Source: Alphaproteobacteria bacterium (lineage in GTDB: Bacteria > Pseudomonadota > Alphaproteobacteria > JANQMY01). Taken from it: a stretch of DNA of 64,000 nt. Shown piece after piece: positions 38,893 to 50,355 of this stretch; the first letter of the stretch is position 1; each line of letters opens with the position of its first letter. The stretch is from positions 376,941 to 440,940 of the forward strand of contig OZ245840.1 in the NCBI GenBank assembly GCA_965228775.1. The letters run 5' to 3'. The notes under the pieces are model-generated. The model saw only the letters and a list, made by a program, of their open reading frames with translations. It searched no databases and was not told the origin of the DNA. Both the position numbers and the translations under genes were made by a program.

Positions 38893-41091
38893 TTAGTTTT
38901 CAAGTGCTAAAGGCACCTTTGGCGGAGGATCGTATTTAAGCGCAGTTCCGCGTCCGGACAAGCTCGGATTTGTCATGAAATAGTCATGGGCGTTGAAAAC
39001 GTCACGATCCGAGGAGGTAACAGTCCGCACAAAGTCGCCATTTGGCTGCAAAGTCCAGCTTTGAGCCTCGTCCAGTAGGTTTGCGACCATGATTTGATCG
39101 AGAATCTGGCGGTGAACCGTTGGGTTTTCTACGGGCAACAGCACTTCCACCCGGCGATTTAGGTTCCGGGGCATCCAGTCCGCCGAGGAAATGTACACCT
39201 TGGCCTTGGGGGACGGCAGCTCATAACCGCCGCCGAAACAGACAATCCGGGAATGTTCCAGGAACCTGCCTACAATGCTTTTCACACGGATATTCTCAGA
39301 CATGCCGGTCACGCCTGGTCTCAAGCAACAGATACCGCGGATCACACAATCGATTCGGACGCCTGCGCACGACGCCCGGTAGAGCGCATCGATAACTTCA
39401 GCATCAACGAGCGAATTGAGTTTCAGCCAAATAGCCGCAGGCCGTCCAGCTTTGGAATGTTCGATTTCCTCTTCGATCTTTTCCATGATCGTCGAGCGTA
39501 CGTTCAAGGGCGAGATTGAAATCTTCTCGAAACTTGGCGGCGTCGCATAGCCGGTCACAAAGTTAAAAACGCGCGCCGCATCTCGCCCAAGCTCAGGCTG
39601 AGCCGTAAAGATAGAAAGATCCGTGTAGATCCTTGCTGTTTGCGGGTGGTAGTTACCCGTACCAAAATGCGCATAGGTACGCAGTGTCTTGCCTTCCCGG
39701 CGCACCACATAGCTCACCTTGGCGTGGGTTTTCAGCTCGATAAAGCCGTAAACCACTTGCACGCCCGCACGTTCCAAATCGCGCGCCCAGCGAATATTCG
39801 CTTCTTCGTCAAAGCGCGCCTTCAATTCCACCAGGGCAGTTACGGACTTACCGCGCTCAGCCGCCTGAATAAGAGCAGACACAATTGGTGAATCGTCACT
39901 GGTGCGATAAAGCGTCTGCTTGATGGCCAAGACATTTGGATCTTCCGCCGCCTGCCTCAAGAACCGAACGACCACATCGAACGACTCGTAGGGGTGATGA
40001 ACGATAATGTCCTTCTCACGAATAGCCGCAAAACAGTCGCCGCCATGATCCCGGATGCGTTCGGGAAAACGTGCATTGAAGGGCTTGAATTTTAGATCCG
40101 GAAAATCATCCACAATCAGTTGCGAGATTTCGGCGAGCCCCAATATTCCGTGTACGATTACAGGTTCATTGTCGAGTTCAAGTTGATCGGCGACAAACTC
40201 CCGCAGGCCTTCGGGCATAGACGCATCTGTCGTAAGGCGGATAACGCTTCCCCGTCTCCGCCGCTTGATGGCGGTTTCGAACATACGCACCAGGTCTTCG
40301 GCCTCTTCCTCGATCTCGATATCGCTATCGCGGATCACCCTGAACACACCTTTTCCGACCACGTCGTAACCAGGGAACAGATGATTCAGAAAACTGCCGA
40401 TGATGTTCTCCATCGACACAAACCGGAGAGTGGAAGCCCCTTCTTCCGCCGGCAATTGAACAAAGCGGCCAATCTTTGCGGGGATGGGCAACATGGCATT
40501 CATGGGCTCACCATCCTCCCCACGCTGTAGCTCAAGGGCGAGGGAGAAACCAAGATTTGGCAGAAACGGAAATGGATGCGCCGGATCGATCGCAAGCGGC
40601 GTCAGCACGGGGAACACTTGCTCCGCAAAATAGTCTTGCATCCATTGCAACTCTTTTGCGGTCATTTCACTAGGATCGATCACCTCAATCCCGACACCGC
40701 GCATCTCAGCTTTCAAGTTTTCCCAAACTTGTTGCTGGATCGTCATGAGTTCGCCAGCTTTTGCGTTGATCTCTTTCAACTGCTGGGCTGGGGTCATTCC
40801 GTCATCACTGACTGTCTCAACACCGGCCGCCACCAACTCGTGCAGCCCGGCAACGCGGACCATGTAGAATTCATCCAGATTGCTTGCAGAGATGGAGAGG
40901 AAGCGCACCCGCTCAAGAAGCGGATGCCGTTCGTTCTGCGCCTCTTCAATCACACGCGTATTGAACGTCAGCCAGGATATCTCTCGATTGATGAAGCGTC
41001 TTGGCGTGTCCATATCAATCAACCGTGCTGCTGGCGCTGCCTTTTTGCGCCGCGCGGAGGTAGAAGCTGGTTTGGTGGTTGTTGAGCTCAT
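38893..41091 (-). CDS. ppk: polyphosphate kinase 1
   Basis: 732 aa. [20 protein letters not shown]..., [18 protein letters not shown], the autophosphorylated-His region GTGNYH, and two PLD-like HK domains. Confidence 0.97.
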   Translation of the reverse strand: MSSTTTKPASTSARRKKAAPAARLIDMDTPRRFINREISWLTFNTRVIEEAQNERHPLLERVRFLSISASNLDEFYMVRVAGLHELVAAGVETVSDDGMTPAQQLKEINAKAGELMTIQQQVWENLKAEMRGVGIEVIDPSEMTAKELQWMQDYFAEQVFPVLTPLAIDPAHPFPFLPNLGFSLALELQRGEDGEPMNAMLPIPAKIGRFVQLPAEEGASTLRFVSMENIIGSFLNHLFPGYDVVGKGVFRVIRDSDIEIEEEAEDLVRMFETAIKRRRRGSVIRLTTDASMPEGLREFVADQLELDNEPVIVHGILGLAEISQLIVDDFPDLKFKPFNARFPERIRDHGGDCFAAIREKDIIVHHPYESFDVVVRFLRQAAEDPNVLAIKQTLYRTSDDSPIVSALIQAAERGKSVTALVELKARFDEEANIRWARDLERAGVQVVYGFIELKTHAKVSYVVRREGKTLRTYAHFGTGNYHPQTARIYTDLSIFTAQPELGRDAARVFNFVTGYATPPSFEKISISPLNVRSTIMEKIEEEIEHSKAGRPAAIWLKLNSLVDAEVIDALYRASCAGVRIDCVIRGICCLRPGVTGMSENIRVKSIVGRFLEHSRIVCFGGGYELPSPKAKVYISSADWMPRNLNRRVEVLLPVENPTVHRQILDQIMVANLLDEAQSWTLQPNGDFVRTVTSSDRDVFNAHDYFMTNPSLSGRGTALKYDPPPKVPLALEN

Positions 41092-41221
41092 ACGGAAACA
41101 TTGCCGAATTGGGTTTTACGGAATCCAAGTGCAAAATCACTGGCACGGTATTGTTAAAAGGTAACAAAGTCATGACGATGCAGCGCTGTCTGCAAGCAAC
41201 ATCGTCAGTAAAAACAGTAAC

Positions 41222-41890
41222 TTACCCGATCATTCCTGCGATTGCATCTTTAGCATGCGAGAGATTAACAGCCTCTCGCTTCGCGAGTGCAATTTGGTCG
41301 GTGGCCTCCACAACCTGCTGGGCTGCCTGAAGTGTTCTGTCTATACGCTTGGAAATATACCCGATGATTGCGGGATCAGGCGCAATTTGCCGGTACTCAA
41401 AAAGCTTTTCAATAACGGCGGCCAATAACTGCTCATCAGGCGGCGCCAGATGACATCGGGGCATTCCATTGAGCCGAGAGCGCAGATCCGGAAGTTTGAA
41501 CCTGCTCTGCGCGGGTTCTCGCTCTGCCGTAACCAGCAGCCAGGTGTTTTTCTGAGCCATGGTGTTCAAGAAATGAAACACAGCTCGTTCGGATTGAGCA
41601 TGCTGCACATCTTCCAGAACATAGGCCGGTGCCTGCCCCAGGCTTACAGCATTCTCGACCGTCAAATCCTTCGCCTGGATGAATTCAGCGGATGATTTAT
41701 CAGCCCAAATATGGGCCAAATGCGTCTTTCCGCTGCCTTCGCTTCCGACAATGAGCAAGCGTTTGGCGGGCCATTGGGGCCAATTCTCCACAAATGCGAA
41801 GGCGCTTCGGTTAGAGGCACCGATGGCGAAATCCGCTCTTGAGAAGCGCGGAACGGGAGCAAGTTTAAGGGGAAGTTGTTGCGGGGACAT
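41222..41890 (-). CDS. hdaA: DnaA regulatory inactivator HdaA
   Basis: 222 aa. An N-terminal beta-clamp-binding-like motif (QQLPLKL) is followed by the AAA+ Walker A IVGSEGSGKTHLAHIW. The size and position next to ppk and purMN fit alphaproteobacterial hdaA. Confidence 0.82.
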   Translation of the reverse strand: MSPQQLPLKLAPVPRFSRADFAIGASNRSAFAFVENWPQWPAKRLLIVGSEGSGKTHLAHIWADKSSAEFIQAKDLTVENAVSLGQAPAYVLEDVQHAQSERAVFHFLNTMAQKNTWLLVTAEREPAQSRFKLPDLRSRLNGMPRCHLAPPDEQLLAAVIEKLFEYRQIAPDPAIIGYISKRIDRTLQAAQQVVEATDQIALAKREAVNLSHAKDAIAGMIG

Positions 41891-41946
41891 ACCCGAAAAT
41901 CAGGATCCAAGTTGATGACGAACGCAGAAACGTCTGAGCCGCAACC

Positions 41947-42531
41947 CTATCGGATATCCGAAGCGGAAACAGACTGAGTCCAGATTCGAAAATAACTACC
42001 ACCTGACCAAACCGTCGTCACGGCAACAAGGACACTTAAGGCAAAAACCACATCGCCAATGAGCACGGTACCGCCAAGGGCCTCGAACAACAGATCGGAC
42101 CACACATACCCGAATGCCAGCGCGGCCAACACGCAAGCAGCGAGCACAATCTGAAAGGTCGTGTTCACTTTGCTGATCATAAGGGGCGCCATGACCAAGC
42201 GATGACCGATAAGCATCGACAGCAGCACGGCACCGATGATCAAGATGTCGCGCGACACCACCAAAATCACGAGCCAGGACGCCAAGGCCTCCTGCAGACC
42301 AAGGGTGACATAGATGCTTACAAGCAATGCTTTGTCGGCAATGGGGTCCAGCAAGGCCCCAAGTTGTGATGCTGCATTGAAATTCTTTGCGATCCAACCA
42401 TCCAGCGCGTCTGAGATACCAGCAAACACAAAAATTCCGAATGCAGGCAAATAGGCGCCACTCAAGATAAGCCAGATGATGATCGGCACACAGATAATGC
42501 GCCCAAGCGTAATGATGTTCGGAACTGTCAC
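41947..42531 (-). CDS. CDP-alcohol phosphatidyltransferase family protein (PgsA-like)
   Basis: 194 aa. The signature D(x2)DG(x2)AR...G(x3)D(x3)D is present as ISDALDGWIAKNF...LGALLDPIADK. Multiple TMs. Confidence 0.88.
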   Translation of the reverse strand: MTVPNIITLGRIICVPIIIWLILSGAYLPAFGIFVFAGISDALDGWIAKNFNAASQLGALLDPIADKALLVSIYVTLGLQEALASWLVILVVSRDILIIGAVLLSMLIGHRLVMAPLMISKVNTTFQIVLAACVLAALAFGYVWSDLLFEALGGTVLIGDVVFALSVLVAVTTVWSGGSYFRIWTQSVSASDIR

Positions 42532-42579
42532 TTTGCCGCCGGTTGTTTTTCGGATTGTCGGGTGGCTATTCCGCCGGCA

Positions 42580-43920
42580 TTACTCGCCGAACGGTGCAAG
42601 CTGTACGTCTGTGTCCTCGATTGTCGGTTCTTCGTCGGTCAGCTCAGGATAACCGCCAGTTGGCTGCTGATAATATAGATTGCCATCTCCAATGACGGGC
42701 AGCGCCCCTGTCCCGGGAACCCACTCGGAAATATCGCCCGTTGCTTCGCCGAAACCGGTCGGTGCCCCAATGCCAGGAACCGCACGCGCAGCTTGCTGGA
42801 AACCGTTTGTAAAGCCACTGGCCGACGCTTGTTCCGCGTCGTTCAGCCGAGGCCGGATCAGCAAGAAACGGGTTGCATCCAGCAATTCCAAATCCGATTG
42901 CGCCAGGGCGATCGACAGGTTCTCTAAAGACCCGGCGATTTTCATATTCACCTGGGCACCTTCGACCGTCAGCCCCACCAACCGAAGCTCCGTAATTGAA
43001 GGAATGTTCGCCAGGCGCTGGCGAATGCTCAGCCATTCATTGAAGGAACGGAAGACGATCGTCGCCTCAAAAACATCTTCGCTGCCGTATTGGATGATCG
43101 TGCGCCGCTTCCAATTTTCCTGCTTTTCCCCGCCGATGGAAGCAACAGCTTGAGCGAAAGCTTCTTCTTCCGAGGCGGCCGTAAAGGACACCTCATATTG
43201 GCTCGTGCCGTTGGCGGACATCTGGAACACGTCAACCGATGTGGTCACGCCGCCTAATTCTTCCGTCGTTGTGGCGACGGGAATGATGATATCTCCGGCA
43301 CCATAGCGGGCTGCAATCGGGCCAAGCTGCGCCCAATCGGACTGTGTCACGGTTTCAGGAGAAATGGCGGCGATATCTTCAAGATCGCCCAATGGCAATA
43401 CGATCGGCGCCAAAGCTTGAGCCAATCCGCTTGTTGCCCAGGTCTCGGACCACATATTCTCTTCAGCCCAGATGATGGGCCCTTCAGCCGACTGGTAAAC
43501 CGGAATGAGCAAAGTGGATTTCGCGCGAATTTCGCTGAATGGTATGTCGTAGCGGCGTAAGAGATCGCGGACATTGTTTGCTTTGAACGCAAAGGACAGC
43601 TTCCCCAAATAGCGGGTTTGGCTGTTCTTTTCCTCTTCGACCTCAAAGCCCTTAATCAACGCGTTGATTTCGGCCCCTGAAGGCTGCGGCAACCGCGTCC
43701 AATCATCTTTCAATGTGAGCCTTTGAAGGAGATCCCGCAAAGCAATGCGCTGTCCTTGAGAAATCGCGATATCGCGCGCTTTGGCAGCAGCCTCCGCCGT
43801 CGCATCAACTTCCACATCACGGACCGTAAATATCTCCGCTTCTTCGGCGCTAACGACGCCAAAAATCGACATAGAAAACAGAATGGCAGCAACTGCGCAG
43901 GCGTATTTATGAATGGTCAC
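42580..43920 (-). CDS. DUF2066 domain-containing secreted protein
   Basis: GTG 43920 lies 7 nt after GGGGGA and gives a signal peptide (VTIHKYACAVAAILFSMSIFGVVSA|EE). The N-terminal region FTVRDVEVDATAEAAAKARDIAISQGQRIALRDLLQRLT, together with its position divergent from purM, matches DUF2066 as I recall it. The start is uncertain (track uses 44010). Confidence 0.65.
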   Translation of the reverse strand: MTIHKYACAVAAILFSMSIFGVVSAEEAEIFTVRDVEVDATAEAAAKARDIAISQGQRIALRDLLQRLTLKDDWTRLPQPSGAEINALIKGFEVEEEKNSQTRYLGKLSFAFKANNVRDLLRRYDIPFSEIRAKSTLLIPVYQSAEGPIIWAEENMWSETWATSGLAQALAPIVLPLGDLEDIAAISPETVTQSDWAQLGPIAARYGAGDIIIPVATTTEELGGVTTSVDVFQMSANGTSQYEVSFTAASEEEAFAQAVASIGGEKQENWKRRTIIQYGSEDVFEATIVFRSFNEWLSIRQRLANIPSITELRLVGLTVEGAQVNMKIAGSLENLSIALAQSDLELLDATRFLLIRPRLNDAEQASASGFTNGFQQAARAVPGIGAPTGFGEATGDISEWVPGTGALPVIGDGNLYYQQPTGGYPELTDEEPTIEDTDVQLAPFGE

Positions 43921-44088
43921 GACAAAATCCCCCGTAGCGCGACTACTATACCACTTGCATCCGGCACAAAAAGGGCCCTCTTTAAGCTTCCACGGCGCCG
44001 AATCCAACATATTGTGCGATCCATAACGCGCAACCAGCCGTTCAAAGCGCTTGGCTCAGCCGGACCCGGCCGAAACTAGGAAACAAAT

Positions 44089-45198
44089 ATGGTTAATGCG
44101 ACCCCAAAATCGCGGCCGAATAGCTACACTTATGCAGACGCAGGTGTCGATATTAAGGCAGGCAACGATCTTGTTGATTCGATCAAAGCCCTTGCCGCCT
44201 CCACAAAGCGCCCCGGTGCCGATGCTGCCCTAGGCGGTTTTGGTGGCATTTTCGATCTCAAAGCACTGGGCATGGCCGATCCATTGCTGGTGGCAGCCAC
44301 CGACGGTGTTGGAACGAAACTGCGCCTTGCCATCGACCACCAGCGCCACGACACGGTGGGGATCGATCTGGTGGCCATGTGTGTGAATGACCTGGTTGTT
44401 CAAGGCGCCGCTCCGCTGTTCTTCCTGGACTATCTGGCCACCGGAAAGCTCGAACCATCCGTCGCGAAGGACGTGGTCAGCGGCATTGCCGAAGGGTGCC
44501 GCCAGGCCGGATGCGCCCTCATCGGCGGCGAAACCGCGGAAATGCCGGGCCATTATTCTGGCGAGGACTATGACCTGGCTGGCTTCAGCGTTGGCGCGGT
44601 GGAACGCACGAAATTGCTGCCCCAGCAAGAAGCAATTAAAGCCGGAGATTGCCTCATCGCCCTGCCCTCCAACGGCATTCACTCCAACGGCTACTCGCTG
44701 GTCCGTAAAATAGTGGATGATTTCAAGGTCGACCTTTCAGTACCCGTCGTTGGCCCGGAACCTCTTTTGGAGACACTGCTGGCGCCCACCAAAATCTATG
44801 TGAAAGCCCTGCTGCCTCTTATGGAGCAGGACAAAGTCAAAGCGGCCGCGCATATCACCGGCGGCGGTCTTACGGAAAATATCCCGCGCGTGCTGCCTGA
44901 AGGGTTGGACGCTGAAATCGACTTGTCCGCCGTCGCGCCCTTGCCCGTGTTCGGCTGGCTTTCCGCAAAAGGCGGCATTGCCGATGAAGAGATGCTGAAG
45001 ACCTTTAACTGCGGTGTCGGTATGGTCCTTGTTGTCGATCAAGACGATGCTGACGGCATCCTGTCCGCGCTCGCTGATACCGGTGAAACGGCCTATCGCA
45101 TCGGCTCGGTCGTCCCAGGTGAAACGCCCGGCGCCGCCCGCACCGTCTATAAAGGGACTCTCGACTTTGGAACGGATGCCACGGATGCCAATGACTAA
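44089..45198 (+). CDS. purM: phosphoribosylformylglycinamidine cyclo-ligase (AIR synthetase)
   Basis: 369 aa. [12 protein letters not shown]..., [33 protein letters not shown]. Confidence 0.97.
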   Translation: MVNATPKSRPNSYTYADAGVDIKAGNDLVDSIKALAASTKRPGADAALGGFGGIFDLKALGMADPLLVAATDGVGTKLRLAIDHQRHDTVGIDLVAMCVNDLVVQGAAPLFFLDYLATGKLEPSVAKDVVSGIAEGCRQAGCALIGGETAEMPGHYSGEDYDLAGFSVGAVERTKLLPQQEAIKAGDCLIALPSNGIHSNGYSLVRKIVDDFKVDLSVPVVGPEPLLETLLAPTKIYVKALLPLMEQDKVKAAAHITGGGLTENIPRVLPEGLDAEIDLSAVAPLPVFGWLSAKGGIADEEMLKTFNCGVGMVLVVDQDDADGILSALADTGETAYRIGSVVPGETPGAARTVYKGTLDFGTDATDAND

Positions 45199-45847
45199 GC
45201 TTCGATTGGGCGTCCTCATATCCGGGCGCGGCACGAATCTGCAATCGCTGATCGACGCCTGCTCGGACTCAACCTATCCCGCCGAGATTGCCTGTGTCAT
45301 CTCAAACAGGCCTGATGCGGTCGGTTTGGATCGAGCGCGGTCTGCAGATATTGAAGCCATCAGCATACCCCATAAATCGTATGGCTCGCGAGAGGCATTT
45401 GAAGCCGATTTGACCAAAGCATTGACCGAACGGGGGGTAGAACTGGTTTGCAATGCGGGTTTCATGCGCATCCTGACGGACAGTTTCGTCGATCATTGGC
45501 ACAACAGGCAGATCAATATTCACCCGTCGCTCTTGCCCGCTTTCAAAGGCTTGCATGTGCATGAACGGGCACTGGCGGAAGGTGCCCGCATCAGCGGCTG
45601 CACCATCCACTACGTCAGGGCGGAAATGGATGCCGGCCCCATCATCGCCCAAGCAGCCGTTCCCGTGCTGCCAGACGATGACGCCGACAGTCTGGCGGCG
45701 CGCGTCCTTACCGCGGAACATGCGCTTTATCCAAAGGTGGTGAGAGGAATCGCAAGCGGTGCCATCCAAATCGATGGCGATACGGTCCAGTTTGCAGCAG
45801 ATGCCGAAGAAGAAATCGGGCCGATGATGATCAGCCCCAATCTTTAG
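45191..45847 (+). CDS. purN: phosphoribosylglycinamide formyltransferase
   Basis: ATG 45191 gives [24 protein letters not shown]..., [27 protein letters not shown]. It overlaps the purM stop by 8 nt. The track ORF is over-extended from 45014. Confidence 0.95.
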   Translation: MTKLRLGVLISGRGTNLQSLIDACSDSTYPAEIACVISNRPDAVGLDRARSADIEAISIPHKSYGSREAFEADLTKALTERGVELVCNAGFMRILTDSFVDHWHNRQINIHPSLLPAFKGLHVHERALAEGARISGCTIHYVRAEMDAGPIIAQAAVPVLPDDDADSLAARVLTAEHALYPKVVRGIASGAIQIDGDTVQFAADAEEEIGPMMISPNL

Positions 45848-45856
45848 CCAGACTGA

Positions 45857-46279
45857 TTAGCCAACGATTTCGATGTCCGAGAAGAAATAAGAAATCTCAA
45901 CGGCAGCCGTTTCAGGCGCATCGGAACCATGCACCGAATTAGCTTCGATCGACTCAGCGAAATCTTTGCGGATGGTTCCAGCCGCCGCATCTTCAGGGTT
46001 GGTCGCCCCCATAACCTCGCGGTTCTTGAGAATAGCGCCCTCGCCTTCCAGCACCTGAACCACCACTGGGCCTGATGTCATGAAATTGCAAAGGTCGTTA
46101 AAGAAGGGGCGTTCCCGGTGAACCCCGTAAAACCCTTCCGCCTGTTCGCGGGTCAGGCGCACACGCTTTTGAGCCACGATGCGAAGGCCAGCTTCTTCGA
46201 AACGGGCATTGATTTGCCCTGTCAGGTTGCGGCGGGTGGCATCTGGCTTGATGATGGAAAACGTGCGTTCAACGGTCAT
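45857..46279 (-). CDS. ndk: nucleoside-diphosphate kinase
   Basis: ATG 46279 gives the canonical 140-aa protein: [19 protein letters not shown]..., NSVHGSD. The track ORF carries a spurious 63-codon extension. Confidence 0.97.
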   Translation of the reverse strand: MTVERTFSIIKPDATRRNLTGQINARFEEAGLRIVAQKRVRLTREQAEGFYGVHRERPFFNDLCNFMTSGPVVVQVLEGEGAILKNREVMGATNPEDAAAGTIRKDFAESIEANSVHGSDAPETAAVEISYFFSDIEIVG

Positions 46280-46384
46280 GTCTGAAGTCCTTACCTTGAT
46301 CTGTTGGCGCCGGGTTATAGCGGTGGCGTGGATTAGGGGCAAGCACCCTCTGGGCGGCAGCCGATCTCGGTGATAATAAGCCGC

Positions 46385-48274
46385 ATGCTTCAACTGTCTG
46401 ACCTCACCTATCGGATCGAAGGCCGCGTTTTGCTGGAAGGCGCCAGCGCCACGATTCCGGCTGGCCACAAGGTCGGGCTTGTGGGCCGTAACGGCGTTGG
46501 TAAAACCACCCTGCTCAACATCGTTTCCGGCTTTCTTCAGCCCGATGACGGGGAAATCAACGTGCCGTCCGGCTGGGCTATTGGCCGCCTGAACCAGGAA
46601 GCACCGGACGGGCCGGAATCCCTGCTCGAGACTGTATTGGGCTTTGACACGGAACGCGCCGCCTTACTGGCAGAGGCCGAAACCGCCACGGACCCACAAC
46701 GAATCTCGGACATTCAGTTGAGGCTCGATGACATTGATGCCCATTCTGCGCCTGCGCGCGCCGCCGCCATCCTCGCAGGCCTTGGCTTTTCTGAAGAAGA
46801 CCAGCAACGTCCCTGCTCGTCTTATTCGGGTGGCTGGCGCATGCGGGTCGCCCTTGCCGGTCTTTTGTTCACCCAGCCAGATATTCTATTGCTGGATGAA
46901 CCCACCAACTATCTGGACCTGGAAGGCACGATCTGGCTCAAGTCGTATTTGAAAAACTACCCCCATACGATCCTTATTGTGAGCCACGACCGAACACTAC
47001 TCAATTCATCCGTACAAAGCATACTGCATCTCAACGAATGCAAACTGACTCTATTCACCGGCGGCTATGACCGTTTCGAAAAAACACGCGCGCTGCAACA
47101 AGAGCACTTGGCGAAGCTCAAGGAAAAGCAGCAAGCCCAGCGCCAGCACATGGAAAAGTTTGTCGAACGGTTCCGCTACAAAGCGTCGAAAGCCCGGCAG
47201 GCCCAAAGCAGGTTGAAGGCACTTGCAAAGCTGGAACCCATTTCCGCCATCACCGACAGCCAAGTGCGCCCCATTTCATTGCCGCATCCGACCGAACTTG
47301 CGCCGCCGATCCTCACGGTGGAAAGCGCTTCCACCGGATACGACCCGAATGTCCCTATTCTCAGCCGGTTGAACTTCCGTATCGATATGGACGACCGCAT
47401 CGCCCTCCTGGGCAAGAATGGCAACGGCAAGTCCACACTCGCGAAACTGCTCGCTGGGCGGCTCTCCACTTTCGATGGCAAAATCGTCCGGGATCGCAAA
47501 CTGGAAGTGGGATATTTCGCGCAACATCAGCTGGACGAGCTTGAAGAAGACGGCACACCGCTTTCTGAGTTGGCGAAGCTTTTGCCGGATCTTTCTACGG
47601 GCGAACTGCGAACCCGCCTCGGCACCATGGGATTTGGCGCGGAGAAGTTCGATACCCGCATTGCGTCACTGTCCGGCGGCGAACGCGCGCGCCTCCTGCT
47701 CGGCCTAGCGACACTTCATGCGCCTCACATGCTGATTCTGGATGAGCCCACAAACCACCTTGATGTGGACACACGCGAATCTCTCATTCATGCGCTTAAC
47801 GACTTCACCGGTGCCGTCATCCTCATCAGTCATGACATTCACCTCATTGAGACCTGTGTCGATCGATTGTGGCTTGTGGAAAATGGCACCGTTCAACCGT
47901 ACCAAGATGATTTGGATGCCTATCAGCAATTCATCATTCGCAAGGAAAAGGCGCCGGAAAAACAGGCCGCAGACAAAGGGGCGAATGACAAAAAAGAAGC
48001 AAGACGCGCTTCGGCAAAACAACGCGCGGAACTTGCCCCTCTCAAGAAACAGATTCAGTCTCTTGAGCGAGACATCGCCAAGATCGAGAAGGAAGTAACG
48101 AAGATAGACCAAGATCTTGGAGACGAAACTCTATACACGGACGATCCGCAGCGTGTTCAGGAACTGACCAAACGCCGGGGCGAACTGCAAAAGCAGCTTG
48201 AGGAAAAAGAGACGAGCTGGATCGACGCCCAAGAGCGCTACGATGAGGCGATGGCGGAAACGGACCCCGTCTAA
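46385..48274 (+). CDS. ABC-F family ATPase (two ABC domains with a linker and a C-terminal coiled coil; translation-factor-type, no TMD)
   Basis: Two Walker A motifs ([18 protein letters not shown]) and two signature motifs ([16 protein letters not shown]). A Lys/Glu-rich interdomain linker and a coiled C-terminus are present. Confidence 0.9.
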   Translation: MLQLSDLTYRIEGRVLLEGASATIPAGHKVGLVGRNGVGKTTLLNIVSGFLQPDDGEINVPSGWAIGRLNQEAPDGPESLLETVLGFDTERAALLAEAETATDPQRISDIQLRLDDIDAHSAPARAAAILAGLGFSEEDQQRPCSSYSGGWRMRVALAGLLFTQPDILLLDEPTNYLDLEGTIWLKSYLKNYPHTILIVSHDRTLLNSSVQSILHLNECKLTLFTGGYDRFEKTRALQQEHLAKLKEKQQAQRQHMEKFVERFRYKASKARQAQSRLKALAKLEPISAITDSQVRPISLPHPTELAPPILTVESASTGYDPNVPILSRLNFRIDMDDRIALLGKNGNGKSTLAKLLAGRLSTFDGKIVRDRKLEVGYFAQHQLDELEEDGTPLSELAKLLPDLSTGELRTRLGTMGFGAEKFDTRIASLSGGERARLLLGLATLHAPHMLILDEPTNHLDVDTRESLIHALNDFTGAVILISHDIHLIETCVDRLWLVENGTVQPYQDDLDAYQQFIIRKEKAPEKQAADKGANDKKEARRASAKQRAELAPLKKQIQSLERDIAKIEKEVTKIDQDLGDETLYTDDPQRVQELTKRRGELQKQLEEKETSWIDAQERYDEAMAETDPV

Positions 48275-48574
48275 CGGACAGAAACCGATATGACACCTGC
48301 GGCGAAAAGGCATGATGTACGGGTCTTCCGCATTTCCGCTTGCCGAACGCGCTGGGTTTGCTAAAGTTATTGCAAGTCATTCTCAAAAATCCGGCGTAGC
48401 CGGCGGTTTTGCTGGTATGCCAGAGTTAGTAAGCCTTCAGGCCGATGCGCCCGGCCCCCTTTGGAATAATGCCGCCCCGGCCAAGGCAGGTTCGGGCATT
48501 CAATGCCCATTGCTCCGAAAAATGTCCTGTCCTCAATGTCGCACACATCGCATTGCCCGGCGGAGCATTTCGGC

Positions 48575-49201
48575 ATGAACTTCCAGCCGAAACCCCCAAC
48601 GCCGGTAAGGCCACTACAGGACCAAGCCGCAACCGGTCCACTCCCCCCGCAATTAGGACCTGCCGATTCACGCAAGAACCAGCACCTGAGAGGTCTTTAT
48701 GAACGGCAATACGCCAATTTGCGGAATTATCTGCGCAAGCTTGTCGGCGCCGGACCGCCTGATCCTGATGACGTGGCGCAGGCCGCCTTCGCAAAGCTCG
48801 CCGGGCGCGACAGCTTCGACGACATCGAAAACCTTCCAGCCTTTCTCTGGCGCACGGCTCAAAACATTCTGATCTCGGAACAGCGTCGCGCCTCGATAAG
48901 AAGATCAAACGCGTCTGACGTTAAAGAGGTTTTTTCCGGGCCCGCGACCGACGATTTCGACGCTGAACGCGTCTTAATAGCTAAAATGGAAGTCAATGCA
49001 GTCTTGTCGTCGTTGAAAACAATGACGGCGAAGAGACGGGCAATACTGTTGATGAGCCGCATTGACGGATATTCGAACGCGGAAATCGGCCGGCGGCTTG
49101 GCCTCGCCCGCTCCACCGTGTCGGAGCATTTGGCGCGCGCTATGATGGAACTGGATGCAGTCTTAAACGAAGCCGAAGAAAAGGAGAAGACAAGGACGTG
49201 A
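48575..49201 (+). CDS. ECF (FecI-type) RNA polymerase sigma-70 factor
   Basis: Region 2 is LRGLYERQYANLRNYLRKLVG...PDDVAQAAFAKL. Region 4 is an HTH: LMSRIDGYSNAEIGRRLGLARSTVSEHLARAM. The start is ambiguous (ATGs at 48503, 48536 or 48575). Any choice leaves a Pro-rich N-terminal extension of at least 37 aa. Confidence 0.85.
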   Translation: MNFQPKPPTPVRPLQDQAATGPLPPQLGPADSRKNQHLRGLYERQYANLRNYLRKLVGAGPPDPDDVAQAAFAKLAGRDSFDDIENLPAFLWRTAQNILISEQRRASIRRSNASDVKEVFSGPATDDFDAERVLIAKMEVNAVLSSLKTMTAKRRAILLMSRIDGYSNAEIGRRLGLARSTVSEHLARAMMELDAVLNEAEEKEKTRT

Positions 49202-49208
49202 GTGGTTT

Positions 49209-50222
49209 ATGAGCGGCGATAGCATTCAGGAGATAGCTTACCGCTGGCAGGCGCGACTGATCGGCGGTGATCTCGATGCCGAAGACCGGGCCGCGCTCCG
49301 AGCCTGGCTTGACGAAGACGACTCTCACCGCGAAGCCTTCGAACGCACCCAACTTCTTTGGGCACGTCTCGGTGCTATCGACGCGGATACGCTGCCGTCG
49401 GATTATCTCACGCCGCCCAAACTCATCCGTGAACAGACCATAAAAACTGGTTTTTGGCGTAACATTCAAAAAGCGCTTACACAGCCACGCTTGAGCGGAG
49501 CTGTCGGCGGGGGGCTCGCCGCAGCGTTCGTCATTGTCGCCCTCTTTTTCACCATGCCGGCGCCGGAGCCGGCGCTTTATCGGACTGAAGTTGCGGAATT
49601 GAAGGACATAGCCCTTGCAGACGGTACCGTGATTAACCTCGGCGCCCAGTCGCGCATTTCGGTGATCCTCACAAAAGATGAGCGGCGCGTCAGTCTTCTC
49701 GCCGGCCAGGCATTTTTCGATGTGGCATCTGATCCCGACCTGCCTTTCATCGTCACTGCCGGGGAAGCAACAGTGCGCGTGATTGGAACTGAATTCGCCA
49801 TCCGCCGCGTCAAGCAATCAATACGCATCGCCGTCGCCGAAGGTGAAGTTGCCGTGGCGCGCGCCGACACTTCCGGTCAGACGAATAAGACCAATTCGGT
49901 ACGGCTGACTGCAGGCGAGCAACTTCGTGCAGCACACAGCATCGGCCTATCGGATGTGACCGGCATAGAGGTTAAAGACATTGGCGCATGGCGCACCGGC
50001 GAGTTGATCTATGCAAACGCATCGCTCACTGAGATCATCGCCGATGCGGACCGTTACCATCCAAGCCGGATCACCATCACCGACGCTTCGGTTGCCGCGC
50101 TCACCATGAGTGCCGTGTTTGACTCAAACGATATCGACGGCATGCTCACCACCCTCGAAGAAGCCTTGCCGATCCGCATCAGCCGGTGGCCTGACGGCGC
50201 AGTCTTCATTCACGGACGCTGA
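49209..50222 (+). CDS. FecR-family transmembrane anti-sigma/signal-transfer protein
   Basis: 337 aa. An N-terminal sigma-binding region (IAYRWQARLIGGDLDAEDRAALRAWLDEDDSHREAFE) is followed by one TM. The periplasmic FecR domain (LADGTVINLGAQSRISV...) and a C-terminal STN-contacting region follow. Confidence 0.9.
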   Translation: MSGDSIQEIAYRWQARLIGGDLDAEDRAALRAWLDEDDSHREAFERTQLLWARLGAIDADTLPSDYLTPPKLIREQTIKTGFWRNIQKALTQPRLSGAVGGGLAAAFVIVALFFTMPAPEPALYRTEVAELKDIALADGTVINLGAQSRISVILTKDERRVSLLAGQAFFDVASDPDLPFIVTAGEATVRVIGTEFAIRRVKQSIRIAVAEGEVAVARADTSGQTNKTNSVRLTAGEQLRAAHSIGLSDVTGIEVKDIGAWRTGELIYANASLTEIIADADRYHPSRITITDASVAALTMSAVFDSNDIDGMLTTLEEALPIRISRWPDGAVFIHGR

Positions 50223-50355
50223 GCCACACCAACGGTTAGAAATTTTCAGATTTTTTTGACATCTAACCGACGCTTTCGACCCCTCACACGTCCTTTTCAT
50301 GGATGCGGTTGATTATCAATCGCAACGAAATGTATGGGTACGAGGGGGAATCCTT

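Noticed and set aside
49140-49817. 225-aa minus-strand ORF; similar ones at 52697-53308, 4560-5172 and 12254-12652
   Set aside because: They are antisense to the confidently assigned fecR, PepSY, M23 and rne genes. The rne-antisense ORF is Ser-rich only because it mirrors the acidic GAA/GAC-rich insert.
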